64,000 nt of DNA, from positions 3,753 to 67,752 of the forward strand of contig DCVQ01000027.1 of NCBI GenBank assembly GCA_002328745.1, written 5' to 3'. The position numbers were made by a program, and so were the translations under genes. Below the pieces are notes generated by a model. It was not told the DNA's origin. It searched no databases and worked only from the letters and a program-made list of their open reading frames with translations. The stretch is from Actinobacteria bacterium UBA2184. Lineage in GTDB: Bacteria > Actinomycetota > Coriobacteriia > Anaerosomatales > Anaerosomataceae. Of the stretch, positions 48,215-55,825 are shown piece by piece. The stretch's first letter is position 1, and each line of letters begins with the position of its first letter.

Positions 48215-49126
48215 TCAGCTGCCTGAGAGCTGCTTCAGCGTGGTCGAAACCACGTGGATGAAGTCCGAGAAGAACTTCTCGAAGGAGCCGATCTCGTCGT
48301 TCGTGCCGTCGGACACGAACTCCGCGCTGAAGTCGCCACCGGCGACCCGCATGGAGATGTCCTGCATGCTCTCGGTCATCCGGCGAAGGCGCCGTAGTAC
48401 GAGCAGGTCCATCATCATGCCGATGATCAGCGTCGAGACCAGCAGTGTGACACCCACCACGGCGAGCGTCGACAGCATCGACCTGTTCGCTCCGTCGGCC
48501 TGGGCCGACACGTCCTCGATGACGTACACAACGCCCAGGGCCTCATCGTCGGCGCCGTACACGGGGAAGACCGCATGCCCCTTGCTCGATGAGTCGGTGC
48601 TCCACTTGATGGTCCAGAAGTCACCCTCGCCGGTCATGCCCTCGTGACAGGTCTTCGTGCACGAACCGATCTCCACACCGATGGCCTGGCTGTTCTCCGA
48701 GACCTCGGTAGCGGGGCGCTCGAACTGCATCTTGTCCGCGGCCGCATCATCTGTCGCGAAGAGGAGGGCGTAGTTCTCGCGCTCTGCCCACGCCGAGCTC
48801 TCGCCGAGCTCCTCGCGCGCTGCCGCGTACGTGCCCTCGTCGGCAACGGCCTTGTCGAGCAGGAAGCCGTACTCGTCGCCGGTGACAGCCTTCATGCCCT
48901 CAAGGATGCGCTGCACTTCCCCGGGGTTCCCGACCGGATCGACCGCTACGCCCTCACCCTTGATCTGCTCCCATGCCGCGAGGCTTTCGACTCCGGCCTC
49001 CGCAGCCGTGGAGTCGATGCTCTTGGAGTACGACTGGTGAAGGTACACCACCACGGCTATCGCGCCCAGAAGATTCACGATAACCACCGTCGCCAGGATG
49101 CGCGTTCTCACTGACATGTTCTTCAT
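48215..49126 (-). CDS. membrane protein: extracytoplasmic CxxCH (haem c) sensor-like domain + TM + HAMP, no output domain
   Basis: 303 aa from ATG 49126 (alternatives 49180 and 49117). TM1, about 190 aa outside with the single motif CTKTCH (48644-48661), TM2, then a HAMP domain (RRLRRMTESMQDISMRVAGGDFSAEF...DEIGSFEKFF). Ends in a double stop. Confidence 0.75.
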   Translation of the reverse strand: MKNMSVRTRILATVVIVNLLGAIAVVVYLHQSYSKSIDSTAAEAGVESLAAWEQIKGEGVAVDPVGNPGEVQRILEGMKAVTGDEYGFLLDKAVADEGTYAAAREELGESSAWAERENYALLFATDDAAADKMQFERPATEVSENSQAIGVEIGSCTKTCHEGMTGEGDFWTIKWSTDSSSKGHAVFPVYGADDEALGVVYVIEDVSAQADGANRSMLSTLAVVGVTLLVSTLIIGMMMDLLVLRRLRRMTESMQDISMRVAGGDFSAEFVSDGTNDEIGSFEKFFSDFIHVVSTTLKQLSGS

Positions 49127-49196
49127 ACGTGCATTCGCCCCCTTGTTCTCGTTCCAACGCCGAATGGCGTGTTTGCCCAACTCTGTTGATGCGACT

Positions 49197-52184
49197 CTAC
49201 GGTGCCAATGTGTGACAACTCAGGCAGATGGATGGCTCGGGCACCGGGCTGCTGTCAGCGCTGCAGGCCGGAGACGTTGACGGCTGCTCGGTATCATCGG
49301 ATTGAGTCGCATCGCTCAGGACAGGTGCTGCTGTCCCTGAGATCTCCGTAGAAACCGCAGAACCGGCCTGCGTATCGGGGGGTGTGTTCGCTGCGATCGA
49401 TGCCGACAGGGTAGGCACGGGTCCTGCGGGGATCACGCACGAAGCCGACCGGCTCGCCGCAGTGCTGTGGCAGTTCGCGACGGATCCGTCGGTGCCGCCG
49501 CATGAGACGGTGAGATGTCCGCCAACGGTGTGACAGCCCGCCTCGGTGCATGCATGCGCGTCGACGGTCGTGGGCGTGTCCGGCGTCGGATCGGGGATGC
49601 TGCGGACATCGAGCGCGGAATAGCCTGGGGGCGGCGATGGGTTGTCATGACAACCGCAGGCACCCTCCTGGGGCAGTCCATCGTTGCCGATCTCAACGCC
49701 CGTGTGGACCGTGGCACTGTCGGGGTGGTAGGTGTCCGGAGGATCGGCCGTCGCCATGTGGCAACTGAGCGTCGGGTCGTTGCCGCCGCATCCGATGATC
49801 ATCGACGGTCCGCCGGCGACATGGCAGCCCGGCGTGCCGTAGCAGCCGCCCACGCCGCTATGGAGCGTCGACAGGCGCGTCGTGGTGTGGCAGCCGGCGG
49901 TGACACAGGTGCCGGGCGTCGGCACGTTGTCGGCGCTGTACTCCACGCCTATGTGGTGGTTCGGGTTCTTCGTGTGGTAGCTGATGCTGCGCAGGTGGCA
50001 GCTGAGTGCCGGGTCGGTGCCGCCGCATCCGATGATCATCGACGGTCCGCCGGCGACATGGCAGCCCGGCGTGCCGTAGCAGCCGCCCACGCCGCTATGG
50101 AGCGTCGACAGGCGCGTCGTGGTGTGGCAGCCGTCCTTCACGCAGGAGCCCGGCGTCGGCACGTTGGCCGTGCTGTACTCCACGCCTATGTGGTGGTTCG
50201 GGTTCTTCGTGTGGTAGCTGATGTTGCGCAGGTGACAGCTTAGGGCAGCGTTATCGGCGTTACCGCCGCAGCCCAGTACGCCGGTCGGCCCGCCCTCGAC
50301 GTGGCAGCCCGGGATCGCGCATCCGACCTCGTGGTGCGTTTCGTAGACGTTGACCGTGACATGACAGCCGTCTTTCACGCAGGAGCCCGGCGTCGGCACG
50401 TTGGCCGTGCTGTACTCCACGCCTACGTGCACGGTCGCGAAGTCGTCGTGCTTGTTGGCATCGCTCGCGGTGTGGCACGCCGGCGTCCCCGCGCCACCGC
50501 CGCACGTCATGTAGGTCGGACCTCCCGCAACGTGGCAGCCCGCCGTGTAGCAGACTCCGACCTCTTCGTGCAGATCGCGCACATCGGCGGTGGCGTGGCA
50601 TCCCGGTCTCACGCATCCGGTCTCAGATACCTGTCCGTCGTGGCCGATCTGCGTGGCTATGTGCGCCGCGTCAGCGGTCGCGTGGCGCGAACTCGCGGTG
50701 TGACACGAGGTGCCCGACTGGTCGTCGGTGCCGCCGCACGTCATCGTGCGCGATCCTCTGATGTCACCCGTGTTCGAGTGGCAGCCGCTGATGGTACAGC
50801 CGATCTCGGCGTGCAGGACGCGCACGTCCGCGGTCGTGTGGCAGCCCGGCTTCGCACAGCCCGTGGACGAGACGTGCCCCTCGTGGTCGATCTGAGTGGC
50901 CACGTGTGCACTGCCGATGGCACCGTGGATCGAGTCCCCGTGGCACGTCGCGCATGCCGCGGCGGTGTCGCTCGCTGGCCAGTCGCCCATGACTGCGGCG
51001 ACGGTCGTCTCGTTCTTGTTGTGGCAGCCGAGGCAGGTATCGCCAGCGATGACCGAGTTCCGCCGGGCGTGCTCGATCCCGATGTCCGTCGTGTGGCACG
51101 ATCCGCACGTCACGCTCACACCGCTCGTGCGATCGGTGTAGGTCGCCGATGCCTGCGAGCGGCTCTCCGGCGCATGCACGACATCGTCGTCGGTGTGGCT
51201 GTATTCGTCGTTGAGATAGTCCGGATGGCAGTTGCCCTCGCCGGTGCCGCACGCGGTGACGACCGGGGTCTTTGGCTCGGCCTCGAAGTCGTGGCATGCG
51301 GGCTCGCCCTCGGCCGCCGAACCCGAGCATGTGGCGGGCTTGTCCGGGTGGAGCGCGTGCAGGTCGTTGCCATCGTGGCATCCTGCGCCGGTCGTGCCGC
51401 AGCTTGCGGTGCCGCTTGCCTCGACCGAGCCGGAGATCACGTCGGAGGCGTGCATCGGCGCGCGCACCGTCTCTTGGTGGCAGTCCTCGCAGCGGTGGTC
51501 CTCCCAGTCGGAGAGGACCTGGTCGAGCGCCCCCGACTGCTCGTCGTTGTGGCACTCGACGCACCCGATCTCGGTGCCGTAGTCGCCTCCGTCGACCTCG
51601 TTCACCACGGAGTGCGCGGTCTTGAGATCGCGCGAGTGGCAATCGGCGCAGGTCGCCTTTGCTTCGCCGTCGGCCGCCGTCCTCACTACCTGTTCGAAGT
51701 CCGTGCCGAGGGCGGTGTGCAGCGATTCGCGGTAGTGTCCCTTGGGCCACGCGTCGGCGAGCGTCACGCAATCGGAGACGCCCTCCATACTGCCGTCGTG
51801 GCACCCGGTGCACTCGTGCTGATTCGGGGCGTGGCAGGGGATGCATCCGACGCCCGTGTAGTCGTGGCACACAGTGCACGCGGTGTCGGGATGGTACTTG
51901 TTGAAGTCGCTCAGGCCCTCATCGAACCCGTGGCAGCCGTCGCCCGAGTTCGTGCAGCCGCTCTCGCGACGCGCGCTGTAGTCGCTGGCGGAGGTGAAGG
52001 TGTGGACGGTCTCGGTGGGAGGGTTCCAGCCTGCGGCAAACGCAAGACCGCCGATCAGGACCACAGCGATCCCGATCTTGCCCTTGCGGGCCCTGATCCA
52101 CTGTGCGAGTCCCTCGCGAGCCGGCTGCGGCGTTCCGGCGCCGTAGGACGCCGTTCCGCCGCTGGGATGCTTCGTGCCCCTCAT
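49197..52184 (-). CDS. N-terminally anchored giant multihaem c-type cytochrome (10 CxxCH + 21 C-x(4-10)-CH motifs)
   Basis: 995 aa. TM anchor KIGIAVVLIGGLAFAAGW. Canonical motifs: CTVCH, CIPCH, CTGCH, CADCH, CVECH, CEDCH, CGSCH, CLGCH, CATCH, CLSCH. The C-terminal half consists of tandem modules. GGGGGG SD before ATG 52184. Confidence 0.85.
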   Translation of the reverse strand: MRGTKHPSGGTASYGAGTPQPAREGLAQWIRARKGKIGIAVVLIGGLAFAAGWNPPTETVHTFTSASDYSARRESGCTNSGDGCHGFDEGLSDFNKYHPDTACTVCHDYTGVGCIPCHAPNQHECTGCHDGSMEGVSDCVTLADAWPKGHYRESLHTALGTDFEQVVRTAADGEAKATCADCHSRDLKTAHSVVNEVDGGDYGTEIGCVECHNDEQSGALDQVLSDWEDHRCEDCHQETVRAPMHASDVISGSVEASGTASCGTTGAGCHDGNDLHALHPDKPATCSGSAAEGEPACHDFEAEPKTPVVTACGTGEGNCHPDYLNDEYSHTDDDVVHAPESRSQASATYTDRTSGVSVTCGSCHTTDIGIEHARRNSVIAGDTCLGCHNKNETTVAAVMGDWPASDTAAACATCHGDSIHGAIGSAHVATQIDHEGHVSSTGCAKPGCHTTADVRVLHAEIGCTISGCHSNTGDIRGSRTMTCGGTDDQSGTSCHTASSRHATADAAHIATQIGHDGQVSETGCVRPGCHATADVRDLHEEVGVCYTAGCHVAGGPTYMTCGGGAGTPACHTASDANKHDDFATVHVGVEYSTANVPTPGSCVKDGCHVTVNVYETHHEVGCAIPGCHVEGGPTGVLGCGGNADNAALSCHLRNISYHTKNPNHHIGVEYSTANVPTPGSCVKDGCHTTTRLSTLHSGVGGCYGTPGCHVAGGPSMIIGCGGTDPALSCHLRSISYHTKNPNHHIGVEYSADNVPTPGTCVTAGCHTTTRLSTLHSGVGGCYGTPGCHVAGGPSMIIGCGGNDPTLSCHMATADPPDTYHPDSATVHTGVEIGNDGLPQEGACGCHDNPSPPPGYSALDVRSIPDPTPDTPTTVDAHACTEAGCHTVGGHLTVSCGGTDGSVANCHSTAASRSASCVIPAGPVPTLSASIAANTPPDTQAGSAVSTEISGTAAPVLSDATQSDDTEQPSTSPACSADSSPVPEPSICLSCHTLAP
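49749..50222 (-). repeat. two tandem 237-nt (79-aa) coding repeat units inside the cytochrome gene
   Basis: 49782-49895 is identical to 50019-50132 (114 nt, compared by eye). The rest of the unit is near-identical. More diverged copies continue to about 50906. Confidence 0.85.
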
Positions 52185-52211
52185 GATGGCCCCCCGGAAG
52201 TTCGGCGACGC

Positions 52212-52415
52212 CTAGTCGAGTCTCAGTCCGAGTATGTCCTGGGCCGCCTGCTGCAGATTCCGAAGCTTCTCGGCGTCATCGGGATCTTCAGGCTTGATGA
52301 GCGTCACGATGAAACCTACGCGCATGGCGATGGCGCCGCGCGTCTTGAACACATCGAGGTTGTTGCGCTGAATGTGCTCCTCGATGCGTTGCGCGTAGTC
52401 GTAGAGCTTCCCCAT
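52212..52415 (-). CDS. 67-aa hypothetical protein, first gene of the cytochrome operon
   Basis: MGKLYDYAQRIEEHIQRNNLDVFKTRGAIAMRVGFIVTLIKPEDPDDAEKLRNLQQAAQDILGLRLD. GGAGGTGGGGA SD before ATG 52415. The stop lies 27 nt before the cytochrome start. Confidence 0.6.
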   Translation of the reverse strand: MGKLYDYAQRIEEHIQRNNLDVFKTRGAIAMRVGFIVTLIKPEDPDDAEKLRNLQQAAQDILGLRLD

Positions 52416-52635
52416 CGATCCCCACCTCCGCAGACCGGATGCATACATGTTCGGCATTCGGGCCCAAAATATTTAGCGAAACGCGCCAGCGCTGCATGCC
52501 GGAGCGCGTGCCTCCCCCGTACCCGCTAATAATCACCGAATCTCGGTCCCAGCGCTAGTGTGGGTGTTCACAAAGCCGAACCGTGGGGAGAAACGGCCCG
52601 GTGTGTGCGCGTGACCGCCGTGATACCGTGCTGCT

Positions 52636-54828
52636 ATGACCATTCGCCACCGCTATGCCGCCCCCTGCCCCAAAGGGGTCGAGCACCTGCTCGCCACGGA
52701 GATCGGTCTCCTCGGCGCCGCCGATGTCCGGGCCGGACGCGCCGTCGTCACGTTCAGCGGCGACCGTGCGGTCGGCTATCGCGTGTGCCTCTGGTCCCGC
52801 ATCGCGAGCCGTGTGCTCCTCACGCTCGCGGAGTTTCCCGCCGCGACGGCCGAGGATCTGTACGCTGGCGTCGCGGCAGTCGCGTGGGAGGACCATATCG
52901 CGCCGGACGGCACGCTCGCGATCGACGTGACGGGCACGACCCCGGGACTCGTCAACACGAAGTTCACCGCGATGAAGGCGAAGGACGCCGTCGTCGATCG
53001 CATGCGCGAGCTCACGGGGACCCGGCCGTCGGTGGAGCTCGACCGGCCTGACGTGCGCCTTTCGGTCCGCCTGCTCCGCGAGCGGGCCACGCTCTCGCTC
53101 GACCTCTCGGGCGAGCCGCTTCACCGTCGGGGATACCGCACGCCGGGCGAGCAGGCCGAGGCTCCGCTCAAGGAGAACCTTGCCGCGGCGATGCTCGTGC
53201 GCGCAGGCTGGCCGGACGTGGCCGCGCGGGGAGGTTCGCTCGTCGACCCGATGTGCGGGTCGGGCACGCTGCTCGTCGAGGGCGCGCTCATCGCATCCGA
53301 CCAGGCGCCGGGACTCCTGCGCGATCATTGGGGCTTCAGCGGATGGCGAGGTCACGACGCGCAGGTGTGGGAGGCGCTGATCGCCGAGGCGGACGACCGC
53401 GCTGAGGCCGGCCGCGAGCGGCTGCCGCGGATCGCGGGGAGCGACGCCGACGCCGCCGCGATCGAACTTGCCAGGACCTGCGCGAAGCGGGCGGGCTTCG
53501 GCACCGCCATCACGCTCGAGGTTGCGGCGCTCGACGCGCTCGAGGCGCCCGACGATGCGGCCCCCGGGCTCGTCGTCACGAACCCGCCGTACGGCGTGCG
53601 GCTCACCGGCGAGCTGCCCGCGCTGTACGCGTCGCTCGGTGAGCGTCTGCTCGCCGGTTTCACCGGGTGGTCGGCGGCCGTGCTCACGCCCGACGCCGAG
53701 CTGGCCCGGTCGACCGGCTTGCGGTCGGATTGGGCGCACACCTTCTATAACGGAGCGATCGAGACGCGTTTGTACCACTTCACCGTCGCGGCCGACCGCG
53801 TCAAGCACGCTGTGGTCGCGGCGCCGGAGCCACGCTCGCCGGGCGCGGAGATCTTCGCCAACCGGCTGCGCAAGAACGCCCGGCACATCGGCACCTGGGC
53901 GCGGCGCGAAGGCGTGACGTGCTACCGCGTGTACGACGCCGATCTGCCCGACTACGCGGTCGCGATCGACCTGTACCGGGGGTCGGGGCCGGATGAGGGA
54001 CGCACCATCGTCCACGTCGCGGAGTACGCGCCGCCGCCCGAGATCGATCCCGCGCGCGCCGAGGCGCGGCTCGCCGAGGCGGTGGAGGTCGCCGCCGAGG
54101 TGCTCGGCGTGGCTCCCGACGACGTCGCGGTGAAGGTGCGAAGGCGCCAGCGCGGGACCTCCCAGTACGAGCGCCAGGCGGAGCGCGGGGAGTTCGTGGA
54201 GGTCGCCGAGGGCGGGTTGCGCTTCCTGGTGAACCCCTACGACTACCTGGACTGCGGGCTCTTCCTCGACCACCGGCCCGTGCGCGAGCTCGTACGCGAG
54301 CTGGCTGCGGGCAGGACCGTCTGCAACCTGTTCGCCTACACCGGGACCGCCAGCGTGTATGCCGCCGCAGGCGGCGCCAGCCGCGTGAACACCGTGGACC
54401 TCTCGGCCACGTACCTCGAGTGGGCGAAACGGAACATGGCGCTCAACGGGTTCGATGGTCCGGCGCACCGCTTCTTCCGAACCGACGCGCTGCGCTGGCT
54501 TGCCGAGGAGCGGGAGCGCGTCGCGGACGGCCGTGCCCGACCGTACGGCCTGGTGTTCTGCGACCCGCCGACGTTCTCCTCGAGCAACGCGATGGGCGAG
54601 CGCACCCTCGACGTGCAACGCGATCACGTCGGGCTCATCACCGACGCGGGTGCGCTCCTCGCGCCCGACGGCGTGCTCGTCTTCTCGACGAACCTGCGCA
54701 CGTTCCGGCTCGACGCCGGGGCGCTGGCCGAGTTCCGCATCGAGGACGTGACGGCCCGCACGATCCCGAAGGACTTCGCGCGCACGCCCCGGGTGCACCA
54801 CTGCTTCCTCGTTCGACGGCGGGCGTAG
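52636..54828 (+). CDS. rlmL: bifunctional 23S rRNA m2G2445/m7G2069 methyltransferase RlmKL
   Basis: 730 aa, collinear with E. coli RlmL (SRIASRVLL, DPMCGSGTLLVEGA, VTNPPYGVRL, YRVYDADLPDY, LDCGLFLDHR, CDPPTFS, DVQRDH). Confidence 0.92.
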   Translation: MTIRHRYAAPCPKGVEHLLATEIGLLGAADVRAGRAVVTFSGDRAVGYRVCLWSRIASRVLLTLAEFPAATAEDLYAGVAAVAWEDHIAPDGTLAIDVTGTTPGLVNTKFTAMKAKDAVVDRMRELTGTRPSVELDRPDVRLSVRLLRERATLSLDLSGEPLHRRGYRTPGEQAEAPLKENLAAAMLVRAGWPDVAARGGSLVDPMCGSGTLLVEGALIASDQAPGLLRDHWGFSGWRGHDAQVWEALIAEADDRAEAGRERLPRIAGSDADAAAIELARTCAKRAGFGTAITLEVAALDALEAPDDAAPGLVVTNPPYGVRLTGELPALYASLGERLLAGFTGWSAAVLTPDAELARSTGLRSDWAHTFYNGAIETRLYHFTVAADRVKHAVVAAPEPRSPGAEIFANRLRKNARHIGTWARREGVTCYRVYDADLPDYAVAIDLYRGSGPDEGRTIVHVAEYAPPPEIDPARAEARLAEAVEVAAEVLGVAPDDVAVKVRRRQRGTSQYERQAERGEFVEVAEGGLRFLVNPYDYLDCGLFLDHRPVRELVRELAAGRTVCNLFAYTGTASVYAAAGGASRVNTVDLSATYLEWAKRNMALNGFDGPAHRFFRTDALRWLAEERERVADGRARPYGLVFCDPPTFSSSNAMGERTLDVQRDHVGLITDAGALLAPDGVLVFSTNLRTFRLDAGALAEFRIEDVTARTIPKDFARTPRVHHCFLVRRRA

Positions 54829-54842
54829 CGGCCGGGCGATCG

Positions 54843-54867
54843 GCGTCTCCGGTCTGCCCGGAGACGC
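54843..54867 (+). terminator. perfect 10-bp hairpin GCGTCTCCGG-tctgc-CCGGAGACGC after rlmKL
   Basis: Read directly. It lies 15 nt after the stop. No U-tract. Confidence 0.45.
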
Positions 54868-55015
54868 GAAGCACTAGCGCGCGCGCGAAGCGTTCGCTTA
54901 CACTCATCGTGGGCCAGAGGAGGCCCGATCGGTCTTGCGGCCCGACACCTGCATGTAGCGGGGGACGAGTCGGTCCGCACAGGTTCTGCCCCGCGGGGCG
55001 AAAGGATGGGTCTGC

Positions 55016-55219
55016 ATGGCAACAGGTACCGTGAAGTGGTTCAACCCGGACAAGGGCTATGGCTTCATCTCGCGTGAGGATGGCGACGATCTGTTCGTCC
55101 ACTTCTCCGAGATCCAGGGCGAGGGTTTCAAGACCCTCGATGAGGGCCAGACCGTCGAGTTCGACGTCACCACCGGGCAGAACGGCAAGATGCAGGCGAG
55201 CAACGTCCGCAAGGTCTAG
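55016..55219 (+). CDS. cspA: cold-shock protein (CspA family)
   Basis: 67 aa. [15 protein letters not shown] (RNP1), DLFVHFS (RNP2). About 150-nt 5' UTR. Confidence 0.95.
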   Translation: MATGTVKWFNPDKGYGFISREDGDDLFVHFSEIQGEGFKTLDEGQTVEFDVTTGQNGKMQASNVRKV

Positions 55220-55243
55220 GCTCCGAGCGCATACGCCAATCAG

Positions 55244-55271
55244 AGAGGGGCGGCCACATGGCCGCCCCTCT
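55244..55271 (+). terminator. perfect 12-bp hairpin AGAGGGGCGGCC-acat-GGCCGCCCCTCT followed by TGTCTGTCGT
   Basis: Read directly. It lies 25 nt after the csp stop. Confidence 0.65.
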
Positions 55272-55418
55272 TGTCTGTCGTGCAAGGATGCCACCGGTCA
55301 CGAGCGCCATGATGCCTCCCCGCAGGACCCTTCGCGGACCTACGTCCCCGGAGGGAGACTGTCACGCGCGCATGATGGTATCGTGTGCGGACGAACGCTC
55401 GTGTCGAGAGAGGCAGTC

Positions 55419-55784
55419 ATGAACGGTCTACTGGCGGTAGCGGCGGGCGGTGCGATCGGGGCCTCGCTGCGCTACGGCGCGGGCCTGGCTTTCGCGGTGT
55501 CCGGGGCGGTGCCGTGGCACACCCTCGCCGTGAACATCTCCGGATCGTTCGCGCTCGGCCTGCTGATGGCGAAGATGCCGCCCGGCGGGTCTGCCGAGCA
55601 GTGGCGCACGTTCCTCGGCGTGGGCGTGCTCGGCGGCTTCACGACGTTCTCGACCTTCAGCTACGAAGCAGCAGGGCTCATCGAGCGTGGCATGATCGGT
55701 CACGGCGTCGCTTACGCCGTGGGGACTACCGTCGCGTGCGTGATCGCCGCCGGCGCCGGATACGCGCTCGGGCGGGCGCTCTAG
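55419..55784 (+). CDS. crcB: fluoride ion channel CrcB/FluC
   Basis: 121 aa. GGAIGASLRY, GVLGGFTTFSTFS. The track start 55059 is an extension. Confidence 0.88.
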   Translation: MNGLLAVAAGGAIGASLRYGAGLAFAVSGAVPWHTLAVNISGSFALGLLMAKMPPGGSAEQWRTFLGVGVLGGFTTFSTFSYEAAGLIERGMIGHGVAYAVGTTVACVIAAGAGYALGRAL

Positions 55785-55825
55785 CCTCGAGCACCCGCCC
55801 GCGGTCGTGGCCTTGCGCGCTAGGC

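Noticed and set aside
47913-48261. 96-111-aa ORFs in the helicase/HAMP-gene spacer
   Set aside because: They overlap terminator hairpins and the helicase SD. There are no SDs or motifs, and the composition is atypical.
55272-55418. Fluoride (crcB-motif) riboswitch upstream of crcB
   Set aside because: I looked for the conserved GGCGAUGG...CUGAUGAUGCCUAC core. CCATGATGCCTCC (about 55306-55318) resembles the 3' element, but I could not build the P1 helix or the pseudoknot partner (no complementary GGCAU upstream). A covariance-model scan (Rfam RF01734) would settle it.
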